DNA of 40,000 nucleotides, taken from the NCBI RefSeq assembly GCF_015207825.1, contig NZ_JADEWC010000004.1, positions 116,155 to 156,154 on the forward strand, in the 5' to 3' direction. Positions within the stretch are counted from its first letter, which is position 1, and each line of letters opens with the position of its first letter. The stretch comes from Cyanobacterium stanieri LEGE 03274 (GTDB lineage Bacteria > Cyanobacteriota > Cyanobacteriia > Cyanobacteriales > Cyanobacteriaceae). A model generated the notes under the pieces. It saw nothing but the letters and a program-made list of their open reading frames with translations, was not told where the DNA came from and did not search any database. The position numbers and the translations under genes were made by a program. Of this stretch, positions 27,567-36,505 are shown one piece after another.

Positions 27567-28460
27567 ATGCTTCGCTATGCCTACTTTCCCGGTTGTGTTG
27601 CCCAGGGGGCTTGTCGAGAATTAGATACATCAACCAAAGCCATTAGCAAAACCCTAGAAATTGAACTAATCGAACTAAAAAAAGCCTCCTGCTGTGGCTC
27701 AGGTACTTTTAAAGAAGACTCGAACCTATTAGAAGATTCGGTTAATGCCCGTAATATTGCCCTAGCAGAGTCTCTCAATTTACCCTTACTTACCCACTGT
27801 AGCACCTGTCAAGGGGTCATTGGTCATGTGGATGAAAGACTTAAAGACGCTAAAAAAAATAATCCCGCTTATCTACAGGAAATCAATGGCTTTTTAAGTA
27901 AAGAAAATTGTTCCCCCTATCAAGGTAGCACAGAGGTAAAACACATCCTTTGGGCTTTAATTAGTGATTATGGTTTAGATGCCCTCCAAAAAAAAGTTAC
28001 TAAATCCTTAAAAGGTTTGAGATGTGCTTCTTTTTATGGTTGTTATCTTTTGAGGGTACAAAAAAACCTCCCTTTCGATAATCCCTTTAATCCTCAATCC
28101 ATGGAAGATGTTTTTAAAGTATTAGGTGCTACCCCTGTATATTATGATGGTAGGATAAAATGTTGTGGTTGGCCCCTTTCTAGTTATGCCACTAAACAAT
28201 CTTTTATGATGGCGGGGAATAACCTTCTTGATGCCATGGCTAAGGGCGCTGATTGTATTGTTACCCCTTGCCCGTTGTGTCATCTAAACCTAGACTCTCG
28301 ACAACCAGAAGTGGCGAGGGTAGTTGGGCAAAAATTAGATATTCCGATTTTACACTTACCCCAATTAATTGGTTTAGCTTTGGGAATTCCTGCTCAAAAA
28401 TTAGGATTAAATAATCATGTGGTTTCCACTAAAAAAGTATTAGAAAAAATTAATTTTTAA
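27567..28460 (+). CDS. HdrB-like cysteine-rich (2x CCG domain) protein; possible type-E succinate dehydrogenase SdhE/SdhC-like subunit
   Basis: 297 aa with two CCG-type cysteine clusters (C..CCGSG.., CSTC and C..CCGWP.., PCPLC). In cyanobacteria this family is annotated as heterodisulfide reductase subunit B-like or succinate dehydrogenase subunit C. Confidence 0.75.
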   Translation: MLRYAYFPGCVAQGACRELDTSTKAISKTLEIELIELKKASCCGSGTFKEDSNLLEDSVNARNIALAESLNLPLLTHCSTCQGVIGHVDERLKDAKKNNPAYLQEINGFLSKENCSPYQGSTEVKHILWALISDYGLDALQKKVTKSLKGLRCASFYGCYLLRVQKNLPFDNPFNPQSMEDVFKVLGATPVYYDGRIKCCGWPLSSYATKQSFMMAGNNLLDAMAKGADCIVTPCPLCHLNLDSRQPEVARVVGQKLDIPILHLPQLIGLALGIPAQKLGLNNHVVSTKKVLEKINF

Positions 28461-28614
28461 TTAATCTGAGTTCGGGATAAAATTTATAGTCTTGTAAAGG
28501 CGTGAATAATTGACAATGAATAATTGAACTATTTTACCCTTACTCCCCATCCCCTCCACTCCCCATCCCCTGTAACCTAACCATACTGACAAATCTTAAA
28601 CTCAGGTTAATTAA
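28457..28614 (+). repeat. Family-B element, copy 2, with 16-bp terminal inverted repeats (MITE-like)
   Basis: The left end is TTAATTAATCTGAGTT (28457-28472). The right end is AACTCAGGTTAATTAA (28599-28614), its reverse complement with 1 mismatch. The interior contains AATTGACAATGAATAATTGAACTATT and a tandem ACTCCCCATCCCCT(CC) duplication (28542-28571). Confidence 0.7.
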
Positions 28615-28626
28615 TATCAATCATCT

Positions 28627-29118
28627 ATGGCACAATTATCCCAAACAATAGCCCACCATTCAGAATCCCTGAAAATAAGTTTCGCACCTTTATCTATTTC
28701 CGAGGTTTATCAATTGGCAGAATGCCCCGATAATGGGGCAGTGGTTGTTATGAGTGGCACTGTGCGTAATCAAACCGAAGGTAAGCCGGTTACATATTTA
28801 GAGTATCAAGCCTATGAACCCATGGCAATTAATATTTTTCGGTCAATTTGCGATCGCATTTACAGCCAATGGAAAGACACAAAAACAATCATCATTCATC
28901 ATCGTATCGGTAAATTAAGCATCGGTGAAATCAGTGTATTAGTAGCCGTAGGTTGCCCCCACCGTGCAGAAGCCTTTGAAGCCTGTCGCTATGCCATAGA
29001 TACCCTCAAACACAACGCCCCTATCTGGAAAAAAGAACATTTCCAAGACGGTGCCACCAGTTGGGTAAGCATCGGGGCTTGTGAGGAATTTAACCATTCA
29101 AACGCTTATAAGCTGTAA
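28627..29118 (+). CDS. moaE: Molybdopterin synthase catalytic subunit
   Basis: 163 aa. Motifs: GAVVVMSGTVRN, YLEYQAYEPMA, HRIGKLSIGEISVLVAV..PHRAEAFEACRYAIDTLKHNAPIWKKE. Confidence 0.88.
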   Translation: MAQLSQTIAHHSESLKISFAPLSISEVYQLAECPDNGAVVVMSGTVRNQTEGKPVTYLEYQAYEPMAINIFRSICDRIYSQWKDTKTIIIHHRIGKLSIGEISVLVAVGCPHRAEAFEACRYAIDTLKHNAPIWKKEHFQDGATSWVSIGACEEFNHSNAYKL

Positions 29119-30406
29119 CTAAACCATCCTTATCTCCCACGTTACCGGGGAATAAAACCACAGGCAGATTAGGAAATAAACTATGATTAGGGGGGGTAGT
29201 AATTACTGAGCATCCTGGTAATATTTGCCCGAGTAGTCGGGCTTCTTTGAGGCTTAAACCATCACTTAAAACATCATTGGAAGTAATTCCCCCTTTACTG
29301 ATTAAAAAGCCGATGTCTTGGGGTAATCCTTTGACAATTTCCATTAAGAGGCTAGATACTTGTTTCCCAAATTCTAAACGGGTGGCGATGTCGGCAAAGG
29401 TTAATTCTTCTCTGCTGGTATAAATGGCAGGAGTTTTACTGTTTGATAGGGCTTGGTTGACTTTTTCTAGGGCTTGGGTAATGATTTCCTGTCGAGAGTT
29501 GGGATTATCTCGCAGTAATACTACGTCTATTTCGATACCTATGATTTCGGGTTGTTGTAATAATTGATTTAGTTGTTGGGTGGTTTTTTTTACGTGAGAA
29601 CCGACTAAAATAACTCCAGTGTTATCGGTGGGTTTATATTTACCCATATTTTCAGCTTCGATGGGCTGTTTGCCTACCCCTGCAAGGGAGGTTAAGATAC
29701 TAGCGGCACTACGGAAAAGAAATTTTTTCCCTTCTCTGGCAACGGTGAGTAAGTCTTGGGCGAATTTATCTAAGTCGCTTTGTTTTTCGGCATCAACGGC
29801 ACAACACTGATTATGATTTAGTTTTCTGAGTCTTTCTTGAGTGCCTTTTCTAATGTCTTCTAATAGGAAGCATTGCACTTCTTCTGGTTTTATTTTTCCC
29901 TTAGTTTTTTCGTTGACGTAGTCGGGTAAATAGCTGTAACTATAACCAAATACTGAGTCTTGGGCGAATTCTGTTTCATGGACGGGGGTTTCTACTCCAT
30001 CGATGATGAGATAATGGGTGCTATGGCGGGTAATTCTGCCCCCTTCAAAAAAGGCTGGGATGAGAAAATGAGCGTCAAAATCTCCTAATTCTTGGGCAAT
30101 GGTATCGGTTTCGATGGGATAATGCCCCCTTAGGGTAGAGTCTGAGCGACTGACGATGACGTATTCTTCGATGTTTTCAAGGGCGATCGCACTTTTGAGA
30201 TTACGACATACTTCTTGGGTAGTGCGTTGAGCTTCTTGGGGATTTAATGCCCTAGTGTTGGTGAGGATAAAGAAAATGGGGGATTCATCCCGTAAGCCAT
30301 CTCGGAGGGTATCTACATCCCACTGCATTAATAATAAGCAACTATGGACGGTTTGAGAACCTGTGGGGTCATCGTCTAATACAATTATTTTAGGTTGTTT
30401 ATTCAT
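29090..30406 (-). CDS. Four-carbon acid sugar kinase family protein (DUF1537 / OtnK-YgbK-like)
   Basis: 438 aa. The N-terminus IVLDDDPTGSQTV is typical of this family, and the architecture has two domains. Its 3' end overlaps moaE by 29 nt on the opposite strand. Confidence 0.7.
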   Translation of the reverse strand: MNKQPKIIVLDDDPTGSQTVHSCLLLMQWDVDTLRDGLRDESPIFFILTNTRALNPQEAQRTTQEVCRNLKSAIALENIEEYVIVSRSDSTLRGHYPIETDTIAQELGDFDAHFLIPAFFEGGRITRHSTHYLIIDGVETPVHETEFAQDSVFGYSYSYLPDYVNEKTKGKIKPEEVQCFLLEDIRKGTQERLRKLNHNQCCAVDAEKQSDLDKFAQDLLTVAREGKKFLFRSAASILTSLAGVGKQPIEAENMGKYKPTDNTGVILVGSHVKKTTQQLNQLLQQPEIIGIEIDVVLLRDNPNSRQEIITQALEKVNQALSNSKTPAIYTSREELTFADIATRLEFGKQVSSLLMEIVKGLPQDIGFLISKGGITSNDVLSDGLSLKEARLLGQILPGCSVITTPPNHSLFPNLPVVLFPGNVGDKDGLVTAYKRLNG

Positions 30407-30475
30407 ATTTAACAGTTTTGGGAGTGTCTTTAATGGGAGTAATTTTTAATTATCTCTTATTGTTTTATTGTTAAC

Positions 30476-30497
30476 GTTCAATGATTTATTGTCAATT
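30476..30497 (-). repeat. CAATG-heptamer / family-B core tract (minus-strand reading AATTGACAATAAATCATTGAAC)
   Basis: Read directly from the sequence. It lies 70-90 bp upstream of the kinase gene ATG (30406). Confidence 0.65.
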
Positions 30498-30502
30498 GTG
30501 GC

Positions 30503-31174
30503 TTATTCTTTTAAAACGTAACCCACTCCCCTAACGGTTTGGATTAATCTTTTTTCTTTGTTAGCTTCTAACTTTAAACGTAAGTAGCGTACATAAACTT
30601 CGATGATGTTGGAGTCTCCCCCAAAGTTATAACCCCAAACCCTTTGTAATATTTGTTCACGGGTTAACACTTCCCTAGAATTGGAGATAAGATACTCTAG
30701 TAAATCATACTCCGTTGCGGTTAGTTCTATGGTGCGATCGCCCCTTTTTATTTCTCGAGTGCGACGATTTAAGCTAAGATCAAGAAACCGTAATAAATCT
30801 GGGTCATCTTCATTACTACGGCGTAAACAAGCCTTTAACCTAATCAATAAATCTTCAATACTAAAAGGCTTAACCAAATAATCATCAACCCCCGCATCCA
30901 ATCCTGCCACCCTATCATTAATTTCATCCTGGGCGCTTAACAGAATTATGGGCACTCTTTCACCGCTTAATCTTAAACGACGGGATACTTCTAACCCCGA
31001 TAAACCTGGTAAAATACCATCAATGATAATCAAATCTGGCCGAGATTCCCTAGCCATGGTTAAACCAATTACCCCATCTTCGGCTACAATCACTTCGTAA
31101 CCTTGATATTTTAATCCTTCTTGCAAAAACTTAATTAATTTTTGCTCATTTTCAACAACTAATATTTTACTCAT
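30503..31174 (-). CDS. OmpR-family response regulator (orphan)
   Basis: Receiver domain (ILVVENE.., DLIIIDGILPGLSGLEV, DDYLVKPF) plus a winged-helix output domain (LTATEYDLLEYL.., VYVRYLRLKLE). The ORF-track start 31225 adds 17 residues; the ATG at 31174 (MSKILVV) is more likely. Confidence 0.88.
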   Translation of the reverse strand: MSKILVVENEQKLIKFLQEGLKYQGYEVIVAEDGVIGLTMARESRPDLIIIDGILPGLSGLEVSRRLRLSGERVPIILLSAQDEINDRVAGLDAGVDDYLVKPFSIEDLLIRLKACLRRSNEDDPDLLRFLDLSLNRRTREIKRGDRTIELTATEYDLLEYLISNSREVLTREQILQRVWGYNFGGDSNIIEVYVRYLRLKLEANKEKRLIQTVRGVGYVLKE

Positions 31175-31358
31175 AAATATAATTATGACTAAGATATGAT
31201 TAATTTTACAATATTTCGTACTCAAAATAAATCATAAGATAATTTTCGTCATAAAATAGTATTTATAATTAGTTAAAAATATTAACTAAAGTTTAGTAAA
31301 TTCAAGTCAATTATTCTAAGTTAAAATTATAAAACATCTTATATTATCTATCTACATA

Positions 31359-32150
31359 ATGTTCAATATTATAGCTAAATTGTTACTTTTTTGTTGTTTA
31401 ATACTCACAAGTTTATTAATTAATACTTATCCTGCCTTAGCAGAAAACCTAGAAAACAGAATTGATAATTATCCTAATTGGAATAATCAAATATCATTAC
31501 CATCTCCAGAACAAGAATTAATTTATCCCCTTTGGTTTGAAGGAGATTGGCTAGTAACTAATATTTTAAAAGAACAGATAGCCCCCTTCGCTCCAGAATT
31601 TGAGACCCCAGGTTTTTCACAAAATAGTGACTATATAGATAAAAAAATTACTTTTCCTGTGAAGTTTATTTCCACTATTATTAATAATAATTCTGATGTA
31701 TTTTTACCCACAAAAATTAATACAAGTGAAGCAATTATTGCGGATCGTAGTTTTAATGCAAGGGCGATCGCACAGGCTTACTTAGGAGAAAATAACGTCA
31801 AACAAGTAATAATAAATCAGAAAAATTCCACCGAACAAATAACCAAATTTAGTGAAGAAAATGAACTAATTTCCACCGTAGTAGGAAGAAAACAAGAAAC
31901 CATTAACCAAAAAGAATTTATTACCAGCGAAATTACCAGACAATTTTTTCGTCGCCCCGGGAATATCTACGTTAACTTTGTCGAAACCACAACAAAATAT
32001 AATTTGATCGATGCTAATCATATCAAAGCCAAGCAATATACCGCCGTTTATTTATCTCCCCAAGATCCCGATTATTTTATCGCTTTTAACAAGCCCGTTG
32101 CCCTTTATTTTTATGAATTAAACTTAGAAAAAACGACTGACAGAATCTAA
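31359..32150 (+). CDS. Conserved hypothetical secreted protein
   Basis: 263 aa with an N-terminal signal peptide (..TYPALAENL). I recognise no catalytic motif. Confidence 0.5.
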   Translation: MFNIIAKLLLFCCLILTSLLINTYPALAENLENRIDNYPNWNNQISLPSPEQELIYPLWFEGDWLVTNILKEQIAPFAPEFETPGFSQNSDYIDKKITFPVKFISTIINNNSDVFLPTKINTSEAIIADRSFNARAIAQAYLGENNVKQVIINQKNSTEQITKFSEENELISTVVGRKQETINQKEFITSEITRQFFRRPGNIYVNFVETTTKYNLIDANHIKAKQYTAVYLSPQDPDYFIAFNKPVALYFYELNLEKTTDRI

Positions 32151-32266
32151 TGAAACAAAGTCTTGCAGTTCCAATAAATATTATGCTAAAACTCTCACAT
32201 ATTTTTGTGAGCTAGTTATATAATAATGAATAGATTCAACCATTTTATTAATTTAATCAACAAAAA

Positions 32267-33454
32267 ATGAATTCCTTTTTTGAGAATAAAATTCAACAAT
32301 TTATTAACTCTCCCAATAACTCAAGAATTTGGTGGCATAGTATTCCTTTACCAAATGGAGATCGCATTAGAAGTTGCCACGAAGATCAGGAATTACAATT
32401 TCAAATGTGGAACGCACTGCAAATCGATAATAGCGGTGGTTTAAAGGGAAAAAAGGTTTTAGATATTGGTGCTAATGATGGCTTTTTTTCCATTGCCGCA
32501 TCTATGGCAGGTGCTTCGGAAGTTACCTCTGTTGATAAGAATTGGGAAACTTGGCCAAAAAATTTAAAATACATAAGTAAAATTTGGAATGTTGATATAG
32601 AAATTATAACTGCCGATTTTCGTAATTATGACTTCAATAAACGTTATGATGTCATTTTTTTCTTTGGTGTACTGTATCATTTAGAAGACGTTTTTACTTC
32701 TATAAAAAAACTCAAAAATCTTTTGGAAGATGATGGAGTTTTATATATAGAAACTCAAATGTCTCAACTACAAAGTAATTTACCATTGTTTGAATATGCT
32801 AGTGATATTTATCCCACCATAGCCATTCAAGACAAAAAATATTTGGACAATGTAGGAATCAGTAACTATCTCTTTCCTAACGAATCTGCTATTTATAATT
32901 TAGCTTATTCCTATGATTTTGATTGTGATTCTTTGGGCGGTAAAAAGAATCGATATTCACAAAATCATCCAAGTCGTCAAATATTTAAGTTCATCAAAAA
33001 ACAAGATTTAAAAATAAGATTAACTTCCGATGACTTAAAATCAAGAGATTATTTATCAGGAGATTGGTCATTGCCAGAAACTATTGGAACTTGGACAGAC
33101 GGTACAGAAGCAAACCTTTCTATTCCTTTAGATTCGATAATTTCTCAAAAACACTCAAACATACAAGTAAAAATTACTGCTGTTCCTTTTCTCCATGAAC
33201 GACATCCCCAACAAATTATTGATATATTGATTGCTGGCAAACCACTAACTCAATGGACATACTCTTTCAGTAAAAGTATTAATTCTTCAAAAACGCTAAC
33301 TATTCCGGTAGCACTAATTCAGCAGAGTAATTGTTTGGATTTAACCCTAAAGATTTTAACACCAATATCTCCTGAGGCTGTAGGTTTTAATAATGACACC
33401 AGAAAGTTAGGTATTATGGTCCAATTGATTGAAATCACTGGTAGTTATAATTAA
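32267..33454 (+). CDS. Class I SAM-dependent methyltransferase with a ~150-aa C-terminal domain of unknown function
   Basis: Motif I VLDIGANDGFFSIAASMAGA and post-I/II motifs (DVIFFFGVLYHLED, GVLYIET). I do not recognise the C-terminal half. Confidence 0.7.
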   Translation: MNSFFENKIQQFINSPNNSRIWWHSIPLPNGDRIRSCHEDQELQFQMWNALQIDNSGGLKGKKVLDIGANDGFFSIAASMAGASEVTSVDKNWETWPKNLKYISKIWNVDIEIITADFRNYDFNKRYDVIFFFGVLYHLEDVFTSIKKLKNLLEDDGVLYIETQMSQLQSNLPLFEYASDIYPTIAIQDKKYLDNVGISNYLFPNESAIYNLAYSYDFDCDSLGGKKNRYSQNHPSRQIFKFIKKQDLKIRLTSDDLKSRDYLSGDWSLPETIGTWTDGTEANLSIPLDSIISQKHSNIQVKITAVPFLHERHPQQIIDILIAGKPLTQWTYSFSKSINSSKTLTIPVALIQQSNCLDLTLKILTPISPEAVGFNNDTRKLGIMVQLIEITGSYN

Positions 33455-33747
33455 TCAAAATTGTAATGAAGAGCTATAGAATGACACAATACTTATTTTG
33501 CAAGGCTTTAAAACAAGTAACATGTCTCAATCTTAATTGAAGTGACTATAAATGAGAAGGTGTTTTTATTTTGTTATCTGATTTAATTTTACTCTCAGAA
33601 ATTAATACCAAATAGTTTATAGAATATATCCATCTTTTGTCAGTGTCCGAAAACTTATGCTACTAAGAAAAATTGACAAAAGAGGTATATTTCAGGTTAT
33701 AAAAATCTATAGGTTTATTAAAAAAAATACAATCACTATAATCCAAA

Positions 33748-36324
33748 TTACTCATCATCCATTGCCGAGGCCATTTCCTCCGTGGTTTCCTCACTAGCAG
33801 GAGGTACGAGGGCTACAGCCGCGATCGCATCGTCCCCGTCTAATTTCTGCACCCTTACCCCACTAGCATTACGGGATTGGAGGGAAACCGCATTAACATC
33901 ACAACGAATAATAATACCCCTTGTGGTAATAATCATAAACTCATCATCAGGGTTAACGATATGCAAAGCCGCTAATTCTTCGGTGGATTTACGGAAACGA
34001 ATAGCCCTCAAACCCAAACCAGCCCTTCTTTGTAGCCTAAACTGAGAAACAGGAACTCTTTTACCATAACCGCTAGTGGTAACCGCCAAGGCCCAAGGAG
34101 CATCTTTAGCAGTATCATTGGTTAATTCCTCATCGGTGTCATTATCAGGCTCATTATCATCCGCTTCCCCAATGGTAGCCACCACCTGAGAAGGAATAAT
34201 ATCCATACTAATTAATTGATCGCCTTTCCGTAGCTTCATGGATTTTACCCCTTTTGCCGTACGACTGAGGGGGCGTAATTGATCATTATCAGCGTGGAAA
34301 TGGATAGCCATACCCCGACGAGAGCCAATTAAGATGCTATCTTCTGCGGTGGCTAGACGCACCCAGCGCAACTCATCCCCTTCAGCGAGGGAAATGGCAA
34401 TAAGGCCGTTACTGCGAATATTAGCAAAGGCAGACAGGGCGGTTTTTTTGATAAAGCCATTTTGGGTTAACATGACCAAGTATTCATGATCTGTAAACTC
34501 ACTTACTGCTAAAATTGAGGTGATTTTTTCCTCCGAGGAGATGGGCAACATCTGAATGATGGGCATCCCCCTTGCATTACGAGAACTTGAGGGGATTTGA
34601 TAGGCACTGAGGGCATATACCACGCCGCGATCGCTAAAGAAAAGGATGGTATCATGTTCACACCCCGTCAAAAAGTGTTGTACCTCGTCATTTTCCTTCA
34701 TTTTTGCCCCTGCTTTACCCCTTGTCGCTCGGTTTTGAGCCTCAAAGGTACTAACCAGCATTTTCTTTAAGTAACCTTGCTCGGTTAAAATAATGGCTAC
34801 TTGCTCATTGGCAATTAAATCAATATCCACTAAATCTCCATCCCCTTGGATGATTTCCGTACGGCGGGGGGTGGCATGGATAGTTTTGATTTCAGTTAAT
34901 TCTTCTTCGATGATGGCATCGATTCTTTCTCTACGCTCGAGAATATCCCGTAAATCGGTGATTTGGGTTAATAAGTCTTGGTGTTCAGCTTCTATTTTCT
35001 CGGCTTCTAGGGCAGTAAGTCTTCTTAGTTGCATTTGTAAGATAGCGTCTGCCTGAAACTCGGAGAGGGATAAATCATCGACTAATTGTTGTTTAGCCGA
35101 AGCGGTATCGGCGGCACTGCGGATGAGACGAATGACGGCATCTAAGTTACCGAGCGCAATTAATAACCCCTGTAAAATATGATCCCTTTCTTCTGCCTTA
35201 CGGAGACGGTATTGGGTACGGCGGGTGATGGCTTCTACCCGAAAATCGAGGAAGACTTGGAGGAATTTTCTGAGGGTGAGTAGTTGGGGTTCGTTACCTA
35301 CCAATGCCAACATATTACAACCGAAGTTGCTTTGGATGGTGGTTTGTTTGTAGAGGTTGTTTAATACTACCCTTGCATAAGCATCTCTTTTTAATTCTAT
35401 AACAATGCGCATTCCGTTGCGATCGCTCTCATCCCTAATGTCAGAGATACCATCAATTTTTTTATCGTTAACTAAATCAGCAATTTTTTCAATTAAAGAG
35501 GCTTTGTTAGTTTGATAAGGCAACTCCGTAACGATAATAGCTTCCCTATCCTGTCTCCCCCGTTGGGAAATAGTTTCAATACCAGCTACCCCTCGCATGG
35601 TTACAGAACCTCTGCCCGTGGTGTAGGCTTCTTTTATCCCTTGTCTGCCTAAAATTTGTGCCCCTGTGGGAAAATCAGGACCGGGGATATACTGCATTAA
35701 TTCAATGTCAGTAATTTCGGGATTGTGAATCATGGCGATAGTACCATCAATCAATTCTCCGAGGTTGTGGGGAGGGATATTGGTTGCCATCCCTACTGCA
35801 ATGCCCGTTGTACCATTTAACAATAGTTGAGGTACCCTAGCAGGTAACACCACAGGTTCTTGTTGAGAGCCATCAAAGTTATCAATAAAATCAACGGTTT
35901 CGGCTTCAATATCTCTTAAAAGTCCGTTGGTAGCCAAAGACTGTAAACGGCACTCTGTGTAACGCATGGCAGCGGGGGGATCATTATCCACACTGCCAAA
36001 GTTACCATGACCATTAATCAAAGGATTTCGCATGGAAAAATCTTGAGCCATCCTCACAAGGGCATCATATACCGCAGAATCACCGTGGGGATGGTATTTA
36101 CCCAAGACTTCCCCCACAACCCTTGCACACTTACGAAAAGGTCTTTCGGGGGTTAGTCCTAGTTCATACATGGCGTAGAGAATACGACGGTGAACTGGTT
36201 TTAAACCATCTCTTGCATCGGGCAAAGCCCTACCTACAATAACGCTCATGGCGTACTCTAGGTAAGAGTTTGACATTTCACTGGTTAGATTGGTTGGTAC
36301 AATGCGTTCTTGGATGGAGGTCAT
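33748..36324 (-). CDS. gyrA: DNA gyrase subunit A
   Basis: 858 aa. Motifs: [36 protein letters not shown], the catalytic-Tyr region AAMRYTE, and a C-terminal beta-pinwheel with an acidic insertion ([14 protein letters not shown]). Confidence 0.93.
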   Translation of the reverse strand: MTSIQERIVPTNLTSEMSNSYLEYAMSVIVGRALPDARDGLKPVHRRILYAMYELGLTPERPFRKCARVVGEVLGKYHPHGDSAVYDALVRMAQDFSMRNPLINGHGNFGSVDNDPPAAMRYTECRLQSLATNGLLRDIEAETVDFIDNFDGSQQEPVVLPARVPQLLLNGTTGIAVGMATNIPPHNLGELIDGTIAMIHNPEITDIELMQYIPGPDFPTGAQILGRQGIKEAYTTGRGSVTMRGVAGIETISQRGRQDREAIIVTELPYQTNKASLIEKIADLVNDKKIDGISDIRDESDRNGMRIVIELKRDAYARVVLNNLYKQTTIQSNFGCNMLALVGNEPQLLTLRKFLQVFLDFRVEAITRRTQYRLRKAEERDHILQGLLIALGNLDAVIRLIRSAADTASAKQQLVDDLSLSEFQADAILQMQLRRLTALEAEKIEAEHQDLLTQITDLRDILERRERIDAIIEEELTEIKTIHATPRRTEIIQGDGDLVDIDLIANEQVAIILTEQGYLKKMLVSTFEAQNRATRGKAGAKMKENDEVQHFLTGCEHDTILFFSDRGVVYALSAYQIPSSSRNARGMPIIQMLPISSEEKITSILAVSEFTDHEYLVMLTQNGFIKKTALSAFANIRSNGLIAISLAEGDELRWVRLATAEDSILIGSRRGMAIHFHADNDQLRPLSRTAKGVKSMKLRKGDQLISMDIIPSQVVATIGEADDNEPDNDTDEELTNDTAKDAPWALAVTTSGYGKRVPVSQFRLQRRAGLGLRAIRFRKSTEELAALHIVNPDDEFMIITTRGIIIRCDVNAVSLQSRNASGVRVQKLDGDDAIAAVALVPPASEETTEEMASAMDDE

Positions 36325-36388
36325 ATATATTTTGAGTCACGAAATTAATGCTATTTTAGCATAGATTAGTCCCTCAAAAATCAAGTGA

Positions 36389-36420
36389 GGCAATGGGGAA
36401 TAGGCAATGGGCAATGGTAA
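36389..36420 (+). repeat. CAATG-heptamer tract (GGCAATG GGGAATA GGCAATG GGCAATG GTAA)
   Basis: Read directly from the sequence. It lies 65-96 bp upstream of the gyrA ATG (36324). Confidence 0.75.
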
Positions 36421-36421
36421 T

Positions 36422-36457
36422 AAAAAAAGTGAGGCTGACGGCTAAATCAACCCCACT
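36422..36457 (-). terminator. Candidate intrinsic terminator of ndhB
   Basis: The minus strand reads AGTGGGG-(16-nt loop)-CCTCACT followed by TTTTTTTA. It lies about 50 nt after the ndhB stop codon. The stem is 7 bp with one G.U pair. Confidence 0.55.
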
Positions 36458-36505
36458 TATTAATAGAATTAATAGAAACTTTGACAAGAAAAAAATTCTC
36501 TTAGC

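Noticed and set aside
33631-33683. Inverted repeat CTTTTGTCA ... TGACAAAAG between the convergent methyltransferase and gyrA genes.
   Set aside because: The arms are 9 bp and separated by about 31 nt with no U-tract. This could be chance in AT-rich DNA, and I cannot support it as a terminator or binding site.
34095-34175. Acidic insertion ([19 protein letters not shown]) in the GyrA C-terminal domain, considered as a possible inserted element or intein remnant.
   Set aside because: It is in frame and short, with no intein or homing-endonuclease motifs. Lineage-specific acidic loops in the GyrA C-terminal domain are common. It is noted only as a variable loop.
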